Positions 1 to 8,230 of a DNA stretch of 64,000 nt are shown piece by piece; within the stretch, counting starts at the first letter, position 1, and the number at the start of each line of letters is the position of its first letter. A program made the position numbers and the translations under genes. The stretch comes from Bacteroidota bacterium (GTDB lineage: Bacteria; Bacteroidota; Bacteroidia; Bacteroidales; FEN-979). The notes below the pieces were generated by a model. The model made no database searches. It was not told where the DNA came from and saw only the letters and a list, made by a program, of their open reading frames with translations. The stretch is taken from assembly GCA_016868575.1 (NCBI GenBank), contig VGGL01000003.1, positions 10,162-74,161 of the forward strand, in the 5' to 3' direction.

Positions 1-92
1 TCCATGAATCTCCCCTTACGGTTATCGGTAATAAACTGCAAAAGAAATTCCAGCAGTTGGCGTTTTATATCGGCAGGGTGCCCTTTTTCCAT
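1..92 (-). CDS. 5' end (30 codons) of a gene that runs off the window start. The N-terminus MEKGHPADIKRQLLEFLLQFITDNRKGRFM resembles SpoU/TrmH-type tRNA 2'-O-methyltransferases (tentative).
   Basis: ATG at 92 on the minus strand, open to position 1. A TAnnTTTG box lies 24 nt upstream. The product guess rests only on remembered TrmH N-termini. Confidence 0.35.
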   Translation of the reverse strand, partial: MEKGHPADIKRQLLEFLLQFITDNRKGRFM

Positions 93-115
93 CAGATTTA
101 TGAAGCCAGGAAAGG

Positions 116-123
116 CAAAAATA
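116..123 (-). promoter_or_regulatory. Bacteroidota -7 promoter box (TAnnTTTG; reads TATTTTTG on the minus strand) for the gene starting at 92
   Basis: Exact match to the TAnnTTTG consensus, 24 nt upstream of the ATG. It is divergent from the box at 157-164. Confidence 0.45.
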
Positions 124-156
124 TACAATTGATGGCAAGAGAATAGAAAAAAGGTT

Positions 157-164
157 TATTTTTG
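157..164 (+). promoter_or_regulatory. Bacteroidota -7 promoter box TATTTTTG for the TPR gene
   Basis: Exact TAnnTTTG match, 24 nt upstream of the ATG at 188. Confidence 0.45.
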
Positions 165-187
165 CACCCTTAAAATTGAACGAGCGT

Positions 188-877
188 ATGGCAAAGAAAA
201 CTGACAAGACCGAAAACCGCATCGTAGCCGTTGAAGAAGCATTCAGTAAGACGGAACAGTTCATTGAGCAGCACCAGAAGATCATCGTGATCGTGGTGGG
301 GGTTCTCATTGTTCTTATTCTCGGTTATTTCGGTTTCAAGCGGTTCTATCTGACACCCCAGGAAAAAGAAGCACATGCACAGATGTTCATGGCTGAGATG
401 TATTTTGAACAGGATAGCCTGAAAAAAGCCCTGAATGGCGATGGCAATTATCTTGGATTCCTTGATATTATTGATGACTATGGAATTACCCGTTCAGCCG
501 GCCTGGCTCACTATTATGCCGGGATCTGTTATTTGAAGCTTGGCGATTTTGAACAAGCCATCGACCATCTGAATAGCTATTCCGGACGTGATCTGATGGT
601 TGCTCCAATGGCCCTGGGTGGAATTGGGGATGCTTACCTGGAATTGAACCAGCCTGAAAAAGCTGCTATGTATTACATGAAGGCCGCAAATAAAACTACA
701 AACGACATCACCACTCCTTCTTTCTTGATGAAAGCCGCCTGGGTGTATGAAGAAATGGGTGATTACAGCAAGGCGTTGGAAGCGTATAAGCGGATCAAGG
801 CTGATTTCCCAAGGGTCATGGAGGCACAGCAGATTGAAAAGTATATCACAAATGCCGAAGCCAAAGCGGGAAAATAA
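188..877 (+). CDS. membrane-anchored tetratricopeptide-repeat protein (YfgM-like)
   Basis: One N-terminal TM helix (IIVIVVGVLIVLILGYFGF) followed by TPR-like helical repeats. ATG at 188 is preferred over the TTG at 176 used by the ORF track. Confidence 0.75.
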   Translation: MAKKTDKTENRIVAVEEAFSKTEQFIEQHQKIIVIVVGVLIVLILGYFGFKRFYLTPQEKEAHAQMFMAEMYFEQDSLKKALNGDGNYLGFLDIIDDYGITRSAGLAHYYAGICYLKLGDFEQAIDHLNSYSGRDLMVAPMALGGIGDAYLELNQPEKAAMYYMKAANKTTNDITTPSFLMKAAWVYEEMGDYSKALEAYKRIKADFPRVMEAQQIEKYITNAEAKAGK

Positions 878-901
878 TGCCTGACCGGCAATAGTATTCG
901 A

Positions 902-933
902 AATACCTGCTACTTTTGGCAGGTATTTTTTTT
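902..933 (+). terminator. rho-independent terminator after the TPR gene
   Basis: Perfect 9-bp stem AATACCTGC/GCAGGTATT, 8-nt loop, then a T-run up to the fmt ATG. Confidence 0.7.
911..918 (+). promoter_or_regulatory. -7 box TACTTTTG lying in the loop of the preceding terminator hairpin; candidate fmt promoter
   Basis: Exact TAnnTTTG match 16 nt before the fmt ATG. This would give a very short leader. Confidence 0.35.
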
Positions 934-1896
934 ATGAGCAGGAAGATCGTATTTATGGGCACTCCGGAGTTTGCAGTTCCTTCCTTGCAAGCGCTGGTGG
1001 AAAAGGGTTTTCAGGTTGAGGCTGTGGTTACGGCCCCTGACCGGCCTGCCGGCCGGGGATTGAAGATACACGCACCAGCCGTGAAATCAGCAGCCCTTTC
1101 AATGAGATTGCCTGTCCTCCAACCTGATAAGCTTGATGATGCAGGGTTTATCCGCATCCTTACTGACATTCAACCTGCCTTGATCATGGTTGTTGCCTTC
1201 CGCAAACTGCCGGAGCAGATTTGGCAGATTCCCCGATGGGGCACTGTTAACCTGCATGCATCCCTGCTCCCGCAATTTCGGGGTGCTGCACCCATCAACT
1301 GGGCCATCATGCATGGTGAAACAAAGACCGGTCTCACCACTTTTTATATCAATGACCGGATTGATACAGGTGACATCATCAGCGCAGCAGAAACCAGCAT
1401 TGGAAGCAATGAAACCGCCGGACAATTGCACGACCGGCTGAAGCTTATAGGCGCTGACCTGGTCTGTCAAACGGCATCCATGATCTTCGACGGGAAGGTT
1501 CATGCCCAGCCTCAGGATCTGTCGATGCTGGATCCTTCACAATTGAAGAAAGCGCCGAAGATCACGGATACTACATGCAGGATTGACTGGCAGAAGGATC
1601 TTCATGAGATATATAACCGGGTACGTGGATTAAGCCCTTATCCTACGGCTTATACAATGCTTTTGGCGCCAGACGGACAAACGTTCAGAATGAAGGTGTT
1701 TTTCGCCCGACCCATCTGCCAGGAGCATACGGAAAAACCTGGACAAGTCATCTCTGACGGACGCTGTTTGCTGAGGATAACATCACCTGGCGGGTATCTT
1801 GATCTGATTGATATTCAGCTTGATTCGCGAAAAAGAATGGATATAGCAACCTTCCTCCCTGGATTTCACATTGACGGGACATGGCGTGCCCTTTGA
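934..1896 (+). CDS. fmt: methionyl-tRNA formyltransferase
   Basis: N-terminus KIVFMGTPEFAVPSLQAL, the HASLLPQFRGAAPINWAI formyltransferase core, and a C-terminal Fmt domain. ATG at 934. Confidence 0.95.
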   Translation: MSRKIVFMGTPEFAVPSLQALVEKGFQVEAVVTAPDRPAGRGLKIHAPAVKSAALSMRLPVLQPDKLDDAGFIRILTDIQPALIMVVAFRKLPEQIWQIPRWGTVNLHASLLPQFRGAAPINWAIMHGETKTGLTTFYINDRIDTGDIISAAETSIGSNETAGQLHDRLKLIGADLVCQTASMIFDGKVHAQPQDLSMLDPSQLKKAPKITDTTCRIDWQKDLHEIYNRVRGLSPYPTAYTMLLAPDGQTFRMKVFFARPICQEHTEKPGQVISDGRCLLRITSPGGYLDLIDIQLDSRKRMDIATFLPGFHIDGTWRAL

Positions 1897-2028
1897 GTCC
1901 CATGATCTAATATGCTTGCTTAGGCTTAGAATTAAGGGTTTCAGAATAGAGTTATTAACAAAAGGGCTATTTTATTAACATTTTCGATGTTTTTTTTCTA
2001 AAACGCTTGATTTCACTCATAATATTGT

Positions 2029-2036
2029 TATATTTG
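2029..2036 (+). promoter_or_regulatory. -7 box TATATTTG upstream of the HU gene
   Basis: Exact TAnnTTTG match 43 nt upstream of the ATG at 2079. Confidence 0.45.
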
Positions 2037-2078
2037 CATCGTCAATCATCATATTTATTAACCAAAATCATTTTAACA

Positions 2079-2351
2079 ATGAACAAAGCACAATTGATTG
2101 AAGCCATGGCTGCTGAAGCCAAGATGACAAAAGCACAAGCCAAGAAAGCCCTCGAAGCTTTTGTAGTTGCCACTCAGAAAGCCCTTGCAAAAGAAGGCAG
2201 GGTAGCACTGGTTGGATTCGGATCATTTGCAGTCAGCAAGCGCGCTGCACGTAAAGGAAGAAATCCTCGCGATGGAAAAGAAATCAAGATTCCCGCAAAG
2301 AAAGTCGTGAAATTCAAAGCCGGCGCTGACCTCGTAAAGAAAGTGAAGTAA
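2079..2351 (+). CDS. hup: HU family DNA-binding protein
   Basis: MNKAQLIEAMA...GFGSFAVSKRAARKGRNPRDGKEIKIPAKKVVKFKAG is a typical 90-aa HU. The upstream extension in the ORF track has no support. Confidence 0.93.
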   Translation: MNKAQLIEAMAAEAKMTKAQAKKALEAFVVATQKALAKEGRVALVGFGSFAVSKRAARKGRNPRDGKEIKIPAKKVVKFKAGADLVKKVK

Positions 2352-2377
2352 TTACCGATCTGCGTCCAACAACAAAA

Positions 2378-2411
2378 CGTCTTCCCGGATCCCGGGAGGA
2401 CGTTTTTTTTT
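2378..2411. terminator. bidirectional rho-independent terminator between the convergent HU and glycosylase genes
   Basis: 11-bp stem CGTCTTCCCGG/CCGGGAGGACG (one G-U pair), 3-nt loop, a 9-nt T-run on the plus strand, and an A-rich left flank. Confidence 0.8.
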
Positions 2412-2420
2412 ATCCCCGTC

Positions 2421-3065
2421 TTATTTTTCCGGAAACAAGTTGGAGGGAGCATTCATCAGGAAACGATAAGGAAGCCGTGCACCTTCACCGGCATATTCGA
2501 TGCCTATGCGAGGAGTAGCTATGATATCGGTAGGTTTTGGAAAGATGTTTTTATCTTCTATCCAAATAGAGAATCCGGTTTTATTCGTAGCTGACTGACA
2601 CAAATCAAATCCACTGTGCCGGAAATGTATCCCGAGTGCTTTTGCCAATCTTCCGGGCCCTGATGTCAAACCGGGATGATAGGACCGCTTGTTCAACCGT
2701 TTAAGAATAATATCTATTCCGGTATCAGCAACCAGCCCACGGATCAATACGGCATGGGGTATATCGACTTGATTGGTTACGACATTAAACAACGAATACA
2801 TTCCATAGCAAAGATATACGTAAGCGGTTCCCCCGATCCGGAACATTACCTCTGTTCTTTTTGTACGACGGCCATTCCATGCATGGGATGCCCGGTCGGT
2901 AATTCCTTCATACGCTTCTGTTTCACTGATCATGCCACCAGCAATTACCCCATGGTCATTGGTATAAAGGAATTTTCCCGGCAACTCCCGGGCAATAGCG
3001 ACAACATCCGGGCGGGTGTAGAATTCCCTGGGTAGGAGTCGCCTATCCTTTTTCATATACCTCAT
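2421..3065 (-). CDS. DNA-3-methyladenine glycosylase (MPG/AAG family)
   Basis: Motifs ISETEAYEG, DRASHA and GGTAYVYLCYGMYSLFNVVT are typical of the Mpg family. The start could be 3056. The gene overlaps the recQ stop. Confidence 0.88.
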   Translation of the reverse strand: MRYMKKDRRLLPREFYTRPDVVAIARELPGKFLYTNDHGVIAGGMISETEAYEGITDRASHAWNGRRTKRTEVMFRIGGTAYVYLCYGMYSLFNVVTNQVDIPHAVLIRGLVADTGIDIILKRLNKRSYHPGLTSGPGRLAKALGIHFRHSGFDLCQSATNKTGFSIWIEDKNIFPKPTDIIATPRIGIEYAGEGARLPYRFLMNAPSNLFPEK

Positions 3066-5004
3066 CCGTATTTTTAATGATCTGGCCGGTGTCTTCCATC
3101 CATCTCAATACCTGGATGATTTCTTCCTTCTGAAAGCCTGACAGGGTCTGGGTAATAACCTCAAGGGAGCAGGGATGGGTTTTCAACATATCATGTATCC
3201 GGTCGTATATCTGTTGAAAGGTGATTTCATTCAGTTTGACCTTGTTCCGAAGAATACACTGGTCGCAGATCCCACATCGCAGAGAAGATCTCTCGTCGAA
3301 GTAATGAAGCAGGAGCGCGCTGCGGCACTGTCCGGTGGCGGTCAGGTAATCAACAACAGACTGCAGTCGCCGCATGGCATCGGCTTTCCGGTCTCTGTAA
3401 TGCTCCCGGGAGAGGGACAGATGGTTCTTATCCAATCTCTCCGTCAATAACGTGATCCTGGGTTTATCTGTCTTGGGAATATATTCCAGTAACTCCTGGT
3501 TATGGAGGGAGGTAAGATTTTCAATGACTTCTGCTGTGGTTGATGACATGCGCCGGGCCAGTTCACTTTCAGAAACCTTCACATATTCTGCAAAAACCCC
3601 ACTGTAAGAGCGGAGAATGGTTTTAATAAACATATCCCACCGTTGGTTTTCAACCTGGAAGCGATAAAGATCTTCTTTACTTGCTTTGATGTGGATACGG
3701 GAAGGATTTTCAAACGACTCACCCAGTAACAGGTATCCTTCCTTTTCCAACAACTTCAGTGCATGGTATGTCTGAACCGGATTCAATTTAAATTGCCTGC
3801 AGAAGTCTGGCAGGTCGAAATCCAGCGAAACATCTTTTCCTGCTCCCAGTGGTATCTGAAGATGATTACCCAACCCCTGATAGATGTTCCGAATGGTTTT
3901 AAGATCGGGAAAGGAGGTTGTAACATGCTGGATGGCCTCTTCCATATCGGTATTGTCATGCAGGATCACCGCGTAAGCTTGTTTTCCATCCCTTCCGGCA
4001 CGGCCAGCCTCCTGGAAATATGCTTCCAGATTGTCAGGAATATCCAGGTGGACAACAAATCTGACATCCGGCTTGTCAATCCCCATTCCAAAAGCATTGG
4101 TGGCAACCATTACCCGAACCTTGTTGCTGATCCAGCTTTCCTGTGATTTGTTGCGCTGAACTGGCGTCATGCCGGCATGGTAGAATCCCGCCGGAATGCC
4201 TGATTTGGTGAGAAAGTCAGCCACCTCAACCGTTTTTTTCCGGCTCCTTACATAAATGATCCCGCTTCCTTTGGTAGTGCGGATGATCTTGAGCAACCGG
4301 GCTTGTTTGTTCTCCTCATAGAAGACCATATAAGCCAGGTTTTTCCTTTCAAAACTCTGCCGGATCAGGTTTGGACTGGGGAATTTCAGCTGGAGCTGTA
4401 TGTCATCAACAACCTGCTGGGTTGCAGTAGCTGTGAGGGCAAGGATGGGTATCCCGGGGAACAGTTCCCTGATTTCTGCAATGGTCCGGTAGGGAGGACG
4501 GAAATCATATCCCCACTGGGAGATACAATGAGCTTCATCAACCGCGATCAGGTTCACCTGATAGTGTCGCAACGCTTCACGGAAGCGTGAGGTTTGAAGC
4601 CTTTCCGGAGAAATGTAAAGGAGTTTTATTTGTCCATAGCGGGCATTATTCAGGGCGATATCGATTTCTCCCTGGAACATCCCGGAATGGATGGCTTCAG
4701 CCCGGATTCCCTTCTTTTTAAGGTTTTCCACCTGGTCTTTCATCAGGGCTATCAGTGGTGATACGACCAGGCAAAATCCATCCCTGGCTAATGCCGGAAC
4801 CTGGAAGCAAATCGATTTTCCTCCACCTGTCGGCAAGAGCGCCAGGGTGTCTTTCCCGGAAAGAACGGATTGAATAATGTCTTCCTGCAGGGGACGGAAT
4901 GAGGCATATCCCCAGTATTTCAGTAAGATTTGCTGTATTGTCAGGTCTGCAGGCAACAGAAAACTACTTATCAACTCTCCAAATGGCATCCAACACCGTT
5001 CCAT
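3043..5004 (-). CDS. recQ: ATP-dependent DNA helicase, RecQ family
   Basis: FRPLQEDII, Walker A TGGGKS, DEAH box (VDEAHCISQWGYDFRP), RecQ C-terminal region, and a C-terminal cysteine cluster CGICDQC. The start overlaps the citF stop. Confidence 0.9.
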   Translation of the reverse strand: MERCWMPFGELISSFLLPADLTIQQILLKYWGYASFRPLQEDIIQSVLSGKDTLALLPTGGGKSICFQVPALARDGFCLVVSPLIALMKDQVENLKKKGIRAEAIHSGMFQGEIDIALNNARYGQIKLLYISPERLQTSRFREALRHYQVNLIAVDEAHCISQWGYDFRPPYRTIAEIRELFPGIPILALTATATQQVVDDIQLQLKFPSPNLIRQSFERKNLAYMVFYEENKQARLLKIIRTTKGSGIIYVRSRKKTVEVADFLTKSGIPAGFYHAGMTPVQRNKSQESWISNKVRVMVATNAFGMGIDKPDVRFVVHLDIPDNLEAYFQEAGRAGRDGKQAYAVILHDNTDMEEAIQHVTTSFPDLKTIRNIYQGLGNHLQIPLGAGKDVSLDFDLPDFCRQFKLNPVQTYHALKLLEKEGYLLLGESFENPSRIHIKASKEDLYRFQVENQRWDMFIKTILRSYSGVFAEYVKVSESELARRMSSTTAEVIENLTSLHNQELLEYIPKTDKPRITLLTERLDKNHLSLSREHYRDRKADAMRRLQSVVDYLTATGQCRSALLLHYFDERSSLRCGICDQCILRNKVKLNEITFQQIYDRIHDMLKTHPCSLEVITQTLSGFQKEEIIQVLRWMEDTGQIIKNTDEVYEKG

Positions 5005-6559
5005 CCACCCATTTCACGATGGCAACGACTTCATCAAGAAAACCGGGGTTATCGGGTTTACCGCAGATATCCTCTGCTTCTTTCTTCAATTGGCGGATTG
5101 TTTTGATGGGAAGCGAAGATCCTTTCATCTTAGCGATCAGGTCTTTCCGTAACGGATTGATCGCAATACCCCTTTCCGTTACGATAACATCTATCAGTTC
5201 CCCGGGACCGCACAAGGTGGTTACCTCATCCCGGAGCACCGGCAACCGATCCCGGAACAGGGGTACCGGCAGGATGGTACATTTGGAGAACAGGCAGTTT
5301 TGCCAGCCTCCGATGCCATGGAGCAGATATCCGTCAGAATGGGTTACCACATTGGCATTGAAATGCACATCGACTTCAGTGGCACCGAGAATGGCGATGT
5401 CGACAAGGCTGGCGAAATTGCCCTTGCCGTGATAGTTGTAACTGGTAAATGGGCTTGTATTGACATGGTTCGGATAGTCTCGCATAGACCGGACACCATC
5501 AAGATCGAAGGTTTGGCCGTCAAGGATATAATCAGTGAGCCCTTCTTCGAGCATGCTGACCAGGTACTTGTTGCTCCCGCCCCTTGCAAAACGGGCTTTC
5601 CATTTCCGATCACGTAAAATATCAGCGAAATAAATACCGATCGAAAGGGCGGTTCCTCCGGCTCCTGCCTGGAAGGAGAAGCCATCGTAGATCAAACCGG
5701 CTTCATCACAAAATCTGGCAGTAAGTTCAGCAATATAGAGCCTGTCAGGGCTTTTGGTGATTTCAGTGGTTCCGGAAACGATCTTCTCCGGAATACCAAT
5801 CTTATCAATGACAACGGTATAATCAACATAATTACCATGGATCTGCCATGGGATGCATGGAAAAGGTACCAGGTTATCGGTAACAACAACAACCTTGTCG
5901 GCATACTGTGAGTCGGCCAGGGCAAAACCAAGCAAACCGCATGCGGCAGTGCCGTGTACCCCGTTGGCATTCCCAAATGCATCCGCAGTCGGGGCTGCAA
6001 TCACAGCGATGTCAATGTGAACTTCTCCGTCCTGAACAGCCTGGTAACGTCCACCATGAGAACGGAGAACGCCCAATCCTTTCATTTTTCCTTCTGAAGT
6101 GAACTTCCCGAGGGGACCATTCATACTGCCTTCAATCCGGTTGATCGTACCGTCCTCAAGATATTTAATAAGGTATTCGTGGCATGGGAAGGAGGCCGAG
6201 GGGAACCAGACCAGGTTTTTTACCCCAAGTTCTTTGGCAATATCGAAGATCTGATTGGCAAGCAAGTCGCCATTGCGGAAGTGGTGATGGGTCGAAATGG
6301 TCATGCCATCATTCAGTCCGCAGCGGATCAGCGCCTCTTTGAGGGATGGAACGACCTTGTTCCCATCAGGCGGATAATCGGCACAACTGGATATCATCGG
6401 GGCAGCTTTCCGCCCGGTGGGTTTATACTTGCCGATACCCATGTACGGCACCATCTGCTGGCCATTGACAATCGTCGGGACGATCCGCCCGGCCGCATTC
6501 TTAACCAATTGATCGAATTTCTTACTTTTTCTCATTTTCTGATTCCTTCCAATTTGCAT
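4964..6559 (-). CDS. citF: citrate lyase alpha subunit (citrate CoA-transferase)
   Basis: Full-length resemblance to CitF (…MTISTHHHFRNGD…, ~510-530 aa). An alternative start lies at 6535. Confidence 0.9.
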   Translation of the reverse strand: MQIGRNQKMRKSKKFDQLVKNAAGRIVPTIVNGQQMVPYMGIGKYKPTGRKAAPMISSCADYPPDGNKVVPSLKEALIRCGLNDGMTISTHHHFRNGDLLANQIFDIAKELGVKNLVWFPSASFPCHEYLIKYLEDGTINRIEGSMNGPLGKFTSEGKMKGLGVLRSHGGRYQAVQDGEVHIDIAVIAAPTADAFGNANGVHGTAACGLLGFALADSQYADKVVVVTDNLVPFPCIPWQIHGNYVDYTVVIDKIGIPEKIVSGTTEITKSPDRLYIAELTARFCDEAGLIYDGFSFQAGAGGTALSIGIYFADILRDRKWKARFARGGSNKYLVSMLEEGLTDYILDGQTFDLDGVRSMRDYPNHVNTSPFTSYNYHGKGNFASLVDIAILGATEVDVHFNANVVTHSDGYLLHGIGGWQNCLFSKCTILPVPLFRDRLPVLRDEVTTLCGPGELIDVIVTERGIAINPLRKDLIAKMKGSSLPIKTIRQLKKEAEDICGKPDNPGFLDEVVAIVKWVDGTVLDAIWRVDK

Positions 6560-7745
6560 TAAGAATTCCCATGGATACTGCTAAATCTATTGTCTTCAGA
6601 GCTCTTTTCACAACAGGCGCATCGATCATCTTACTGCCCAGGGCAACCACGCCTAACCCTTTGCTGATGGCATTCTCGTATGCCAGAACGATTTTCCCGG
6701 CTTTTTCGATTTCAGGTGCTTCAGGGGCAAAACCTTCGTGAATGACCTTGATCTGCCGGGGATGGATACATCCCATGCCATCAAACCCAAGGGCTTTGGA
6801 GCGAATTACATTTTGCTTCAACCCTTCCATGTCGTTAACGTCGGAGAACACCGAATCGATGGGTTGTATGCCAGCTGCCCGTGCGGCATTGACAACCATG
6901 GACCGGGCAAAAAACGACTCTGTCCCATCAGGAGTCCTGCGGGTACCGAGATCAGCGGTGTAATCCTCCAACCCGATAGCCATGGCCACAACCTTGTCAG
7001 ATGCCAATGCGATGGGATAGGCATTCATTACCCCAAGTGCGCTTTCAATGATGGGCATCAGCCAAATGGAATAGTTAACCTTTGCAGTCTTTTGCAGGGT
7101 ATCTATTTTCTTTGAGACCTGGATCACCTGGTCGGCGTGCTCACATTTGGGGATTAATATAAGGTTGATATAATGTGGCACAATAAATTCAAGATCATCA
7201 AGACCCATCGGTACCTGGTTGATCCGAACCATCCTTTCTGCCCCATAGAAATCCAGCGTTCGCAAAGCATTCCTGACAATAAACCGGGCTTCGAATTTCT
7301 TATCCGGCGCTACGGCATCTTCCAAATCAAGGATGATCCCATCGGGTTTGTGAATGCCTGCATTGATCATAAGATTGGGTGTGTTGCCCGGAAGATAGAG
7401 CCTCGAAAACCGGTTTCTTTCCCTTGCAGTATGGTATTTATTCTGTGGGAGAAGGTCCGGAAGGAACTCCTTTTTTGTCCCGAAAGCCATTCGGATGACT
7501 GACTCCAGCCTGGCTGCAATAACGAAGGGCAAAGCGCCGCTATCTTCAACATGTATCTTTACATGATCGATCTTTAAGGCTGTGAGAATCCTGTCAATGA
7601 GCTTCCGGATGTCTTTTCCGTACATCACCTGAACCTTGCTCTCAACAAGGATCTCCGGCGTTTTGGTCCTCGTTTTCTCCAGCGTGATGAAACAATCAGA
7701 ACGGATACCTTTACCTTTATTACCAGATGTATACACTGATCCCAT
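6522..7745 (-). CDS. citE: fused citrate lyase acyl-carrier (gamma, CitD) and citryl-CoA lyase (beta, CitE) subunits
   Basis: The first ~95 aa are CitD-like (…GIRSDCFITL…VEDSGALPFVIAARLES…). The rest is HpcH/CitE-like (LYLPGNTP…ILDLEDAV…). Confidence 0.85.
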   Translation of the reverse strand: MGSVYTSGNKGKGIRSDCFITLEKTRTKTPEILVESKVQVMYGKDIRKLIDRILTALKIDHVKIHVEDSGALPFVIAARLESVIRMAFGTKKEFLPDLLPQNKYHTARERNRFSRLYLPGNTPNLMINAGIHKPDGIILDLEDAVAPDKKFEARFIVRNALRTLDFYGAERMVRINQVPMGLDDLEFIVPHYINLILIPKCEHADQVIQVSKKIDTLQKTAKVNYSIWLMPIIESALGVMNAYPIALASDKVVAMAIGLEDYTADLGTRRTPDGTESFFARSMVVNAARAAGIQPIDSVFSDVNDMEGLKQNVIRSKALGFDGMGCIHPRQIKVIHEGFAPEAPEIEKAGKIVLAYENAISKGLGVVALGSKMIDAPVVKRALKTIDLAVSMGILNANWKESENEKK

Positions 7746-7771
7746 ATAATCGCATCTTTTAAGAGTTTTGG

Positions 7772-7779
7772 CAAAAATA
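7772..7779 (-). promoter_or_regulatory. -7 box (TATTTTTG on the minus strand) for the citrate lyase operon
   Basis: Exact TAnnTTTG match 27 nt upstream of the ATG at 7745. Confidence 0.45.
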
Positions 7780-7802
7780 TAAAATACAGACTGATCAGGG
7801 CC

Positions 7803-7836
7803 AAAAAAAAAGAGAAGCGATGAACTTCTCTTTTTT
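7803..7836 (-). terminator. rho-independent terminator of the small lipoprotein gene
   Basis: 9-bp stem AAAGAGAAG/CTTCTCTTT with a 7-nt loop, flanked by an A-run and a T-run. Read on the minus strand, the hairpin is followed by T8. Confidence 0.7.
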
Positions 7837-7876
7837 CCTTTTCAGGATAACCTTATGCAGGTTAACGTAGCGCAGC

Positions 7877-8038
7877 TTATTCAGTAACAACCGTTGTATC
7901 AACAACAGTAGTGTCAACCGTCATTACAACAGTGGTGTCCATTGCTGTAGAATCAACAGCTTCTTTGTTTTCACCGGATTTGCAAGCATAGAAAGCTACA
8001 AAACCTGCAATCATAAGGAAAGCTAATACTTTTTTCAT
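7877..8038 (-). CDS. small (53 aa) putative lipoprotein, below the ORF-track cutoff
   Basis: Translates to MKKVLAFLMIAGFVAFYACKSGENKEAVDSTAMDTTVVMTVDTTVVDTTVVTE. It has a signal peptide with a lipobox Cys19, its own -7 box (8073-8080) and a terminator (7803-7836). Confidence 0.55.
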   Translation of the reverse strand: MKKVLAFLMIAGFVAFYACKSGENKEAVDSTAMDTTVVMTVDTTVVDTTVVTE

Positions 8039-8072
8039 TTCTTGTTTGGATTTGATGATTATAATTTCACTA

Positions 8073-8080
8073 CAAAGGTA
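8073..8080 (-). promoter_or_regulatory. -7 box (TACCTTTG on the minus strand) for the small lipoprotein gene
   Basis: Exact TAnnTTTG match 35 nt upstream of the ATG at 8038. Confidence 0.45.
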
Positions 8081-8230
8081 AATAAAGAATTAACATCTTT
8101 TAACATTTTTTAACAAATTTTTATCAACAACAAGCCGTTCATATCTAATATATTGTAAGTATAAGAAAATCAATAATATATATCATTTGGAGTATTTCCT
8201 CCTATTGAACAGAATTTATATTTTTGCCTT

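Noticed and set aside
8219-8226. TAnnTTTG box (TATTTTTG) 4 nt before the GTG start of the sulfatase-like gene
   Set aside because: It is too close to act as the promoter for the annotated start. Either the mRNA is leaderless or the true start or promoter lies elsewhere, so I did not list it as a feature.
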